Shown here: positions 18,784 to 26,709 of the stretch, one piece after another
Numbering within the stretch: the stretch's first letter is position 1
Layout of the letters: every line of letters starts with the position of its first letter
Source of the DNA: an uncultured Planctomycetia bacterium
GTDB taxonomy: Bacteria > Omnitrophota > Gorgyraeia > Tantalellales > Tantalellaceae
Direction: 5' to 3'
DNA length: 64,000 nt
Assembly (NCBI GenBank): GCA_964572255.1
Contig: CAZNEE010000005.1
Location: 24,720-88,719 of the forward strand
Notes under the pieces: generated by a model
The model's input: the letters and a program-made list of their open reading frames with translations, nothing else
Database searches by the model: none
What the model was told of the DNA's origin: nothing
Translations under genes and position numbers: made by a program

Positions 18784-19215
18784 TTATTGCTCTTCCCACA
18801 CTACAGCGCCATTCACATACAGTATATTCATGCCTTTTGAATGATTTTTAGCTTTATCACGTATGATCGGCTCAAGCGAGGAAGATTTAACTGTCAACCC
18901 CGCTGTGTAGATATAATCCGGATCTTCAGGGGTCCCTATTTTCCCGGTTGCCGGACAATCAACAAAACGTTTATCGGCAAGATATTGTTCGTCATAAAGC
19001 ACTTTAAGTGAATCCGGGAATTTTGTGTTATTTTCACGGGCATAAATATAAGAGGCCCTTCCCAATTCCCGCAGATTGTTGGAACACATTATCCTGTCTG
19101 ATCTTATGCTGATATATTTAACGAAAGGCAGCAGCGCCACTACTATAATAAGCACTATAACGAAAACTATTACCAGTTCGCCTAATGTAAATCCCCTGTT
19201 ATCAGCTTTATTCAT
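18784..19215 (-). CDS. Prepilin-type protein with H-X9-DG-like C-terminal motif (PVC-type pseudopilin)
   Basis: G|FTLGE cleavage site, hydrophobic helix, CSNNLRELG, HSKGMNILYVNG. Confidence 0.82.
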   Translation of the reverse strand: MNKADNRGFTLGELVIVFVIVLIIVVALLPFVKYISIRSDRIMCSNNLRELGRASYIYARENNTKFPDSLKVLYDEQYLADKRFVDCPATGKIGTPEDPDYIYTAGLTVKSSSLEPIIRDKAKNHSKGMNILYVNGAVVWEEQ

Positions 19216-19861
19216 CTTTAAACGATCTTTCCACTTGTTCGATTATGACTTTCGCGCACTGTTTTTTACCGATATTTTTTAACTCTGTAATAACATTCTT
19301 CTTATCAATAATTAAAAAAGTCTTTTCCCCCTCTCCAAAGGGATCTGCGCTTTTATCCTTTTTATTGGCTACGATAAGATCCAGATTTTTTTCTTTAAGT
19401 TTCTTTTTGGCGTTTTTTACCAGCTCCTCTGTCTCGAGAGCAAAGCCCACTTTCATAAGCCCATTCCTCTTTTTTAAACCTTGCAGGATATCCGGATTTT
19501 TTACAAGCTCCAACTGTATTTTTTGTCTTTTCTTGATCTTTTGGCCTTTTATCTTAACAGGACGAAAATCACATACTGCAGCCGACATTATTATGCAATC
19601 TATCCCTTTTATTCTTTTCATTACTTCTCTCTGCATATCACGTGCAGTTTTAACAAAAACAGTTTGCACGTCTTTGGAAGGTTTTATCGACACAGGACCG
19701 CTTACCAGAAATGTTTTAAATCCTTTCCTTTTTGCTTCGAGGGCTATTTCTTGCCCCATGATTCCTGAAGAGTAATTCGAAATATATCTTACCGGATCTA
19801 TAGGTTCTATGGTAGGGCCTGCGGTTACAAGGATCTTGTAGTGTGATTTTCTTTTCTTCAC
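19208..19861 (-). CDS. coaB: Phosphopantothenate-cysteine ligase, standalone
   Basis: TAGPT.EPIDPVRYISNYSSG, AAVCDF, VGFALET. Confidence 0.92.
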   Translation of the reverse strand: MKKRKSHYKILVTAGPTIEPIDPVRYISNYSSGIMGQEIALEAKRKGFKTFLVSGPVSIKPSKDVQTVFVKTARDMQREVMKRIKGIDCIIMSAAVCDFRPVKIKGQKIKKRQKIQLELVKNPDILQGLKKRNGLMKVGFALETEELVKNAKKKLKEKNLDLIVANKKDKSADPFGEGEKTFLIIDKKNVITELKNIGKKQCAKVIIEQVERSFKDE

Positions 19862-20394
19862 GCCAGAATCTTATCAACTTGTTCGACAATATCCTCGACA
19901 GGCGCTAGATGCCCTATTCCTTCTCGGCCGCAAGCAAGATGGCCTTTTACGGGGCCGATGAAATGATATCCTTTTCCCTGCAGATAGGATATTTTATCCT
20001 GAATAATCGAATTGTTATACATCTTATCATTCATGGCCGGCGCGAAAAGAACCGGACAATCTGACGCAAAGACCGTGCAGCACAGTATATCATCACACAC
20101 GCCCGACGCTATTTTTGAGATCACATCGGCTGTCGCGGGAGCGATCAAAACAAGGTCTGCTTCATCCGCCAAAGAAATATGCACAGGGTCTCTTTTGTCG
20201 GGCAGTTTGAACATGTCTTTTATGACTTTCGCTTGAGAGAGAGTCTCCAATGTCAAAGGCGTAACAAACCATTTAGCATCTTTCGACATCACACAACGCA
20301 CGGAATATCCTTTTTTACGCAGCATACTGATAAGATCACACGCTTTATACGCCGCAATGCTTCCTGTTACACCTAAAACAATATTTTTAGCCAT
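19858..20394 (-). CDS. coaC: Phosphopantothenoylcysteine decarboxylase, standalone
   Basis: GVTGSIAAYK, HISLA, APATA, PAMN, LACG. Confidence 0.92.
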   Translation of the reverse strand: MAKNIVLGVTGSIAAYKACDLISMLRKKGYSVRCVMSKDAKWFVTPLTLETLSQAKVIKDMFKLPDKRDPVHISLADEADLVLIAPATADVISKIASGVCDDILCCTVFASDCPVLFAPAMNDKMYNNSIIQDKISYLQGKGYHFIGPVKGHLACGREGIGHLAPVEDIVEQVDKILA

Positions 20395-20399
20395 TTCCT

Positions 20400-20600
20400 T
20401 TATTTGCTTCCCTGTTTAAGCTTTACCTTATCTTCCACTATTTCTTTTATGGCTATTGTAGTCACTTTTTCTTTCGGGCCTGCATCTACTAATTTTTTCA
20501 TGCCGCTGTTAAGCTCGGTGGCCCTCATGGCAGCCAGATTACATAATTTATAAAGACTATCAACTTTTTTTAAAAGTTCTTCCCGGGGAACATCTCCCAT
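20400..20600 (-). CDS. rpoZ: RNA polymerase omega subunit
   Basis: SLYKL..LAA.RA.EL pattern; gmk-rpoZ-coaBC synteny. Confidence 0.88.
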   Translation of the reverse strand: MGDVPREELLKKVDSLYKLCNLAAMRATELNSGMKKLVDAGPKEKVTTIAIKEIVEDKVKLKQGSK

Positions 20601-20606
20601 ACATGA

Positions 20607-21206
20607 TCACCTTTTCCTCATTTTTTGCCTGTTTTGTCTTTCTTTCTCTATGATAGAATAAAGCTCATCAACAGCCTTTTCTATTTCCTCATTAACAATA
20701 ACATAATCATATTCATCAGACGAAGCGATTTCCCTTTCCGATTCTTTCAGCCGTTGAGATACATCCGTCTCCTGGTCCGTATTCCTTCCTTCCAGCCTGG
20801 ATCTTAACTCTTCCACGGAGGGCGGCATTACAAAAATACTGATACTTTCCGGGATCTTTTCTCTTACCTTCCTTGCGCCTTTAACGTCTATGCTCAGTAT
20901 CAAATCTTCCTTTTTTTCTATGGCTTCATCAAGCTGGGCCTTTGAAGTCCCGTAATAGTGCCCGAAGTTCTCCTCCCATTCAAGAAGTTCGCCCTTCTCT
21001 ATTCTTTTTTCGAATTCTTCACGGGAAAGAAAGATATAATCCTCTTCTTGTTTTTCTCCTTCTCGCGGGGGCCTTGTAGTATATGAAACGCTTCTTTTTA
21101 CACCCGGCATTTTCTCCAGCAAATGATTGATTATCGTTGTCTTTCCGCTGCCGCTGGGCGCAGATACTATTATTACCAGAGGCTCTCTCTCTATGCTTCT
21201 ACTCAA
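20607..21206 (-). CDS. gmk: Guanylate kinase
   Basis: SAPSGSGKTT, SYTTRPPR.GE, YYGT. Confidence 0.95.
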   Translation of the reverse strand: MSRSIEREPLVIIVSAPSGSGKTTIINHLLEKMPGVKRSVSYTTRPPREGEKQEEDYIFLSREEFEKRIEKGELLEWEENFGHYYGTSKAQLDEAIEKKEDLILSIDVKGARKVREKIPESISIFVMPPSVEELRSRLEGRNTDQETDVSQRLKESEREIASSDEYDYVIVNEEIEKAVDELYSIIEKERQNRQKMRKR

Positions 21207-22083
21207 TGTTCTTCAGCTGCTCCCGCATTTTCTCAACTTCGCTCTTTATCTCGATAACGGCCTTACTTATCCTGAAATCATTTGATTTGGCCGACATCGT
21301 GTTCGCCTCCCTGTGCATCTCTTGAGCGATAAAGTCGAGCTTCTTCCCGATATCTTCTTCCGTTCCCTCCAGCGAATTAGCATAATTTGCCAGATGATTT
21401 TCAAGACGTATCATCTCTTCCGTGATGTCACAATTCCTGGCAAATAATGCCACTTCCGTTTCAAGCCTTTCCTTGTCCAGCTCTATCTTATCCGATAATT
21501 CAGCAACGGTTTTTTTTAATTTATCCCTGTATTCTTCCACGCTTTTTTTCGCGTATTTTTTCACGCTCCCCAGCGCTTTTTTGACTTTACCCGCTCTTTG
21601 CTTAAGATCTTTCGCTAGTCTCGCCCCTTCCTGTTCCCTGTAATCGATCAGATCTTTTATCGCGCCGTTCATCGCTCTTTTCACGTAAAGCCATAATTTC
21701 TCTTCTATTTTTTCGTTCTCAAACTCCAGTATTCCGGGAAGGGCAATAATATCTTTCAGATCAAGCTCCCCCTTGACATGCACTTTTTTCTGAGCAGCTT
21801 TAAGTTTTTTTATGTACTCCCTGGCAAGATTTTCATTAAACACTAACTTCTTGAGAGACTTTTGCTTTTCGGCATTTTCTCTTGCTATCCTCACGAAAAC
21901 TTTGCCTCTGAACACTTTCCCGTTAAAAAGCGCTTTTATTTTCTCTTCCATGAGAAAAAAACCGTCTAACGGAGCGCAGCTTATACTGAGACTTTTATTG
22001 TTAAGGGTCTTGATCTCGGCGGTTATTTCGCCGTAAGGGCACCTTACGGTGCTTTTTCCGAATCCTGTCATTGATTTGATCAT
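21199..22083 (-). CDS. YicC/YloC family endoribonuclease
   Basis: MIKSMTGFG, DITEE, GKKLDFIAQEMHREANT, REQLKNIE. Confidence 0.92.
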   Translation of the reverse strand: MIKSMTGFGKSTVRCPYGEITAEIKTLNNKSLSISCAPLDGFFLMEEKIKALFNGKVFRGKVFVRIARENAEKQKSLKKLVFNENLAREYIKKLKAAQKKVHVKGELDLKDIIALPGILEFENEKIEEKLWLYVKRAMNGAIKDLIDYREQEGARLAKDLKQRAGKVKKALGSVKKYAKKSVEEYRDKLKKTVAELSDKIELDKERLETEVALFARNCDITEEMIRLENHLANYANSLEGTEEDIGKKLDFIAQEMHREANTMSAKSNDFRISKAVIEIKSEVEKMREQLKNIE

Positions 22084-22123
22084 AAGCTAATATTTCCTCG
22101 GTAAGTATTTTTTTGAAGGGTAA

Positions 22124-22621
22124 TTACGCCCACTTGCGTATATCCCTGTTTTCCTTTATCACCGTAACAGGGTATATGTCCACGATGATTTCATCCGGCT
22201 CAAACCAGAGTTTGATCTCTCTTTCGGCATCCTGCAATGTTTCCGAGGCATGTATAACGTTCTCGTAAACACCTTCTGTAGTTATCCTTCCGTAAGCTCC
22301 TCTTATTGAGACCGCGTCCGCCTCTTCGGGATTGGTGCTGCCGCATATTTCTCTCACCTTTGGTATCGCATCCTCGCCCCAATATACAAGGGCCATGACC
22401 TTTTTCTTATGATACTCTCCCATAATATAGTTTATGAGGTCCTCAAAAAAATCTTTCTCTTTCAGGGCTTTATAATGCTCTTCGGCAAGGCCCCTTCCGA
22501 CTTTCACGATCTTGGCGCCGACAATATCCAGTTTTGTCTCGGAAAGACGCGTAAGGATATTACCCGTAAGTGATTTTTTCAGCCCATCCGGCTTTATAAG
22601 TACAAGGGTTTGTTCTAGCAT
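22124..22621 (-). CDS. ndk: Nucleoside diphosphate kinase
   Basis: TLVLIKPD, G.TNP, NVIHAS; probable start MLEQ at 22621. Confidence 0.93.
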   Translation of the reverse strand: MLEQTLVLIKPDGLKKSLTGNILTRLSETKLDIVGAKIVKVGRGLAEEHYKALKEKDFFEDLINYIMGEYHKKKVMALVYWGEDAIPKVREICGSTNPEEADAVSIRGAYGRITTEGVYENVIHASETLQDAEREIKLWFEPDEIIVDIYPVTVIKENRDIRKWA

Positions 22622-22720
22622 GTCCGCACCGTTGTTATATATATGCAATTAAATAAAAATGTTAATTTTACATTATTCTAACAAGTGTAAGCAAAAAGTC
22701 AATAGATTTACAGTTTATGA

Positions 22721-23386
22721 TCAGAAAATTACGATAAATTCACCACGCGGCTTACTTTTAGTAAAGTGTTCGAGATGCCGGCTGGCCTTTTCTCTTCTTA
22801 CTTCTTCAAATTTCTTGGTCAGCTCCCGAGCAAGCACAACTTCTTTGTCTCCTACGACTTCTATAAAATCCTTTAAAAAGCTTTCTATGCGGTGCGGTGA
22901 CTCATAAATAATTACGGTTCTATCCTCTTCTTTTAATTTTTCAAGCTGCTTTTTCCTTCTTGCGCTTTTATTTGAAAGAAAACCTTCAAACACAAACTTA
23001 CTCGTAGGTTTTCCTGAAAGAACTAAGGCGGAAACAAAAGCAGAAGGGCCGGGAATTGCAGTGAGGGGGATATTCTTTTTTATCGCCTCTGAGATCAACC
23101 CCCACCCGGGATCTGATATGCCAGGGGTCCCGGAATCGGATATTAAAGCTATATTCTTCCCGTTTCCAAGATCGTTAACGATCTTGGAAACTTTTGTCTT
23201 TCCAGAATAAGAATGAAAACTCTCTACAGGTGTTTTTATATCATATCTGTTAAGCAGGATCTTAGCATGGCGTGTATCCTCTGCAACGATAAGATCTGCC
23301 TCTTTTAGGATCCTTATCGCTCTTAAAGTTATATCTTCAAGATTCCCGATAGGCGTGCTTACTATATAGAGTGTTCCGGAAGGCAT
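22721..23386 (-). CDS. rsmI: 16S rRNA C1402 2'-O-methyltransferase
   Basis: TPIGNLEDIT, EDTR, SDSGTPGISDPG, YESPHR, RELTK. Confidence 0.95.
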   Translation of the reverse strand: MPSGTLYIVSTPIGNLEDITLRAIRILKEADLIVAEDTRHAKILLNRYDIKTPVESFHSYSGKTKVSKIVNDLGNGKNIALISDSGTPGISDPGWGLISEAIKKNIPLTAIPGPSAFVSALVLSGKPTSKFVFEGFLSNKSARRKKQLEKLKEEDRTVIIYESPHRIESFLKDFIEVVGDKEVVLARELTKKFEEVRREKASRHLEHFTKSKPRGEFIVIF

Positions 23387-23391
23387 AAAAC

Positions 23392-25254
23392 TTATTCAAC
23401 TGTAACGGATTTTGCCAAATTCCGCGGTTTATCTATATCATAACCAAAATCAAGCGCGACATAATAAGCTAAAAGCTGAAGCGGGATAACCACAAGAACA
23501 GGGGAGAATAGTTCGTCCACTTTGGGCACTTCAACAACATAATCCGCGTTACCGTTACTGGTTATCCTTTTATCCCCCTTTGAAACAATAGCTATAATAA
23601 AACCGCTCCTGGCTTTGACTTCCTGTATATTGGAGATCATCTTATCATACGTGCTCCCCTGGACAGCGATACAAACCACCCATGGATTTTCGTCAATGAG
23701 GGCAATAGGACCATGTTTCATTTCTCCGGCGGGATATCCTTCGGCGCTGATATATGAAATTTCCTTAAGCTTCAATGCGCCTTCTAAAGCGTTAGGACAA
23801 TTTATGTTCCTCGCAAGATAAAGAAAATTACTTTTATTATGCCGTGCAAGATAGTACTCATGGAATTTCTCGGCATACTTCGCTATTTTATTCCTGTGAT
23901 GGCGGTACTGTTCCGTAACTTCGTGCGCCTGCGCGGGCAGCCTTTTCAGCGCTTTCATGAGCTTTTTTTTGTTTGGGATCCTAATCCCCCGCACTCCGGC
24001 AAGATAAAAAGCAAAGAGGTAAAGAATGGCGAGCTGCGCCGTGTAAGCCTTTGTAGAGGCAACTGCTATCTCCGGCCCGGCATGCGTGTAAATCACTCCG
24101 TGCGATTCTCTCGCAATAGAGCTCCCTAAAACGTTACAAATAGCCAATACAGTTGCTCCTCTTTTTTTAGCTTCCCTAAGTGCGGCTAAAGTGTCTGCCG
24201 TTTCTCCGGATTGAGAGATAACGATCAACAATGTCTTTTTGTCAACAATAAGATCTCTGTAGCGGAACTCGCTTGATACATCCGCCCATACCGGAACTTT
24301 CGCGAACTTTTCCAGAAGATATTTCCCGGTAAGCCCGGCATGATAAGCTGTTCCGCAGGCAACTATAGCGATTTGATTGATCCTCTTGAACACGCTTTTG
24401 GGAATAGTAAGTTCCTCAAACTCTATTTTATCGCCCTTCTTGATCCTCTCTGTGAAAATGTCTTTTAATATCTGGGGCTGTTCAAAGATCTCTTTAAGCA
24501 TAAAATGTTTATATCCGCCCTTTTCCGCTTGGGATATATCCCATTTTATAGTCATTATCTGCTTTTTGACTTTTTTCCCGGAAATATCGTACACTGAACA
24601 TTTCTCTCTGGTCAGATCAACGATTTCTTCATTCTCAACATAAATAACTTTTTTAGTATGTTCAAGCACTGCCGGGATATCACTTGCGAGAAAATTTTCT
24701 CCTTCTCCCAGTCCGACTATCAAGGGGCTGTCTTTTCTCGCTCCGACTATTCTGCCCTCTTCTCCCTGATGTATTACCGCGATCGCATAAGATCCTTCGA
24801 GATGCTTGATTGCTGTAGTAACGGCTTTGCGCAGATCTCCTTTATAATATTTTGATACCAGGTGGGCTATAACTTCCGAATCTGTTTCCGAACGGAACTT
24901 ACATCCCTCTTCCTGAAGTTTTTTCTTAAGTTCCATGTAGTTCTCGATAATGCCGTTATGAACAACCGCGATATCCCCCGCGGTATCAAGGTGAGGATGC
25001 GCGTTAACATCATTGGGGACCCCATGTGTAGCCCAACGTGTATGAGCGATCCCTGAATGGGCTTTTAGGGGGACATGGTGCAGTTCGTCCGAGAGGACAG
25101 AAAGCCTCCCCTGTTTTTTTCTTATTGTTATCCCGTCGTCTTTTATGACCGCCACACCGGCAGAATCATATCCTCTATATTCCAGGCGGGACAACGAATT
25201 GATGAGTATCTTTACCGCTTCTTTTTTTCCCACATATCCGACAATGCCGCACAT
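23392..25254 (-). CDS. glmS: Glutamine-fructose-6-phosphate aminotransferase
   Basis: MCGI, LEYRGYDS, HTRWATHG, SQSGET, PRNLAKSVTVE. Confidence 0.97.
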   Translation of the reverse strand: MCGIVGYVGKKEAVKILINSLSRLEYRGYDSAGVAVIKDDGITIRKKQGRLSVLSDELHHVPLKAHSGIAHTRWATHGVPNDVNAHPHLDTAGDIAVVHNGIIENYMELKKKLQEEGCKFRSETDSEVIAHLVSKYYKGDLRKAVTTAIKHLEGSYAIAVIHQGEEGRIVGARKDSPLIVGLGEGENFLASDIPAVLEHTKKVIYVENEEIVDLTREKCSVYDISGKKVKKQIMTIKWDISQAEKGGYKHFMLKEIFEQPQILKDIFTERIKKGDKIEFEELTIPKSVFKRINQIAIVACGTAYHAGLTGKYLLEKFAKVPVWADVSSEFRYRDLIVDKKTLLIVISQSGETADTLAALREAKKRGATVLAICNVLGSSIARESHGVIYTHAGPEIAVASTKAYTAQLAILYLFAFYLAGVRGIRIPNKKKLMKALKRLPAQAHEVTEQYRHHRNKIAKYAEKFHEYYLARHNKSNFLYLARNINCPNALEGALKLKEISYISAEGYPAGEMKHGPIALIDENPWVVCIAVQGSTYDKMISNIQEVKARSGFIIAIVSKGDKRITSNGNADYVVEVPKVDELFSPVLVVIPLQLLAYYVALDFGYDIDKPRNLAKSVTVE

Positions 25255-25269
25255 ATTTTCCCTTTGCCT

Positions 25270-25800
25270 TTAATTTTCTTTATACCACTTATCCATCATA
25301 TTTTTAATGTCCACTCTTGCGCAACGGCCGACAAGAGAAGCCATGTAAAGGAGTAATGAAAATTGCCAGCAATCTTCCGGCCCGACAATGAGCGCAGTAT
25401 TGATATTTTCCTCTTTTTCCAGCTTTCTCTTGTGCGTTTCCACGCATTTTGAAAGAGATTTTTCATCAACATCTATTCTGTCCACTGCATTGTTGTATTT
25501 TAAAGAGGGCAGCCTGATGCCCCTCATCAAGAAAAACATCTGCAGGATGTTCTGGTCCAGATCCAATTCCTTTTCAAAATCAAACCCTTCGAACTGCGGC
25601 ATGTCCTCCGGAAGTATTATCATGGGCTTTTCAACAATGATCTTCCCTCTCCTGACAATCGTGTTGCCTTCATTTACGGAGGATTCGGCAAGAAATATAT
25701 AAGGAACCGTTGTCACGGAAAAAGTGGATAAGCCCTTTACCCTGCCTCTAATGACTTCTGTTTTTTGCTCAGCTTTCTCCCAAAGACTTTCGATATTCAC
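25270..25800 (-). CDS. Hypothetical protein (176 aa) coupled to glmS
   Basis: GTG start with SD AAGGAG, globular composition, 15 nt from glmS; no family recognised. Confidence 0.75.
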   Translation of the reverse strand: MNIESLWEKAEQKTEVIRGRVKGLSTFSVTTVPYIFLAESSVNEGNTIVRRGKIIVEKPMIILPEDMPQFEGFDFEKELDLDQNILQMFFLMRGIRLPSLKYNNAVDRIDVDEKSLSKCVETHKRKLEKEENINTALIVGPEDCWQFSLLLYMASLVGRCARVDIKNMMDKWYKEN

Positions 25801-25833
25801 GTTGCCTGCTCCTTGAAACGCTATTGGGGAACC

Positions 25834-25887
25834 TTATAGTCCTGCCTTTAAATTTCGCGCGGCTTCCCAAAGCTGTTCTATGTCCAT
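25834..25887 (-). CDS. 17-aa small ORF MDIEQLWEAARNLKAGL resembling the N-terminus of the downstream gene
   Basis: Hand-translated; SD-like AAGAGG upstream; 7 of first 10 residues identical to MNIESLWEKA. Confidence 0.4.
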   Translation of the reverse strand: MDIEQLWEAARNLKAGL

Positions 25888-25903
25888 ATTGATATCCTCT
25901 TGT

Positions 25904-25935
25904 AAAAAAGCCAGCTTTCACTAAGCCAGCTTTTT
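25904..25935 (-). terminator. Intrinsic terminator after tRNA-Asp
   Basis: AGCTGGCTT-AGTGA-AAGCTGGCT stem with G-U pairs, then TTTTT. Confidence 0.65.
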
Positions 25936-25936
25936 A

Positions 25937-26013
25937 TGGCGGGGCGGACGGGGCTCGAACCCGCGACCTTCGGATCGACAGTCCGACGTTCTAGCCGACT
26001 GAACTACCGCCCC
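25937..26013 (-). tRNA. tRNA-Asp(GTC)
   Basis: GGGGCGGTAGTTCAG...TCGGA-CTGTCGA-TCCGA...GCCA. Confidence 0.96.
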
Positions 26014-26119
26014 ATGGTTATAAAGCTTCCTCCTCTAAAGGAGAAAGCGTTTAACTTGCTGTGGGCCCGAAGGGCGCCGTTTTCCTTTAAAGGCGGCCCG
26101 AAGGCCCGAATTTTCACAG

Positions 26120-26197
26120 TGGTGGGCGAGACAGGATTCGAACCTGTGACCTCTTCCTTGTAAGGGAAGCACTCTAAACCAGCTGAGTTACTCGCCC
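26120..26197 (-). tRNA. tRNA-Val(TAC)
   Basis: GGGCGAGTAACTCAG...CTTCC-CTTACAA-GGAAG...ACCA. Confidence 0.96.
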
Positions 26198-26214
26198 GCA
26201 TTTTGAGAAAACGT

Positions 26215-26243
26215 ATTATATATTAAGAGCAATAATATGTCAA
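26215..26243 (-). promoter_or_regulatory. Consensus sigma70 promoter of the tRNA-Val/Asp operon
   Basis: TTGACA-17 nt-TATAAT, perfect consensus. Confidence 0.85.
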
Positions 26244-26254
26244 ATACTATACAT

Positions 26255-26692
26255 TTATTTTGGCAGTGCCGTCATCGCAAAGACCATGACAAAAAGCGCT
26301 ACTGTCTCAATAACCCCCAGGACCATGATATAATTCCCAAATCCTTTTCCTGTTTCCGCCAAAGCATCTGCTGCGCTTGCGCCGGCCTTTCCCTGCATCC
26401 AGGCTGAAGCTCCTATTGCGAGACCCGCCGCCAATCCTAAAGCCATCTGATAAGGATACATTTCAGGTTTAATATTCGCGTTTTGTATGGCATTCCTTAA
26501 TATCATTCCGTAAATCGTCTGAGATAAAGGTGCTCCTACAAATGCTATAAGAATGAACGGAGCTAATTTATTCTGCATGAACGCTCTTTTCCACGCGCCT
26601 ATTGCAGCCATGCCCGCCACGCCTGTTCCTAAAGCTGAACCTACAGCCGCGAATGCCAATGAAAGGCCCATATCTCCCAATCCTGAAACCAT
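26255..26692 (-). CDS. atpK: V/A-type ATPase subunit K (4-TM proteolipid)
   Basis: Duplicated c-type hairpin with PLSQTIYG, WMQGK, IETVALF. Confidence 0.92.
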   Translation of the reverse strand: MVSGLGDMGLSLAFAAVGSALGTGVAGMAAIGAWKRAFMQNKLAPFILIAFVGAPLSQTIYGMILRNAIQNANIKPEMYPYQMALGLAAGLAIGASAWMQGKAGASAADALAETGKGFGNYIMVLGVIETVALFVMVFAMTALPK

Positions 26693-26709
26693 ATTTCCTC
26701 CTTTAAAAT

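Noticed and set aside
25255-25269. glmS ribozyme
   Set aside because: The intergenic gap is only 15 nt.
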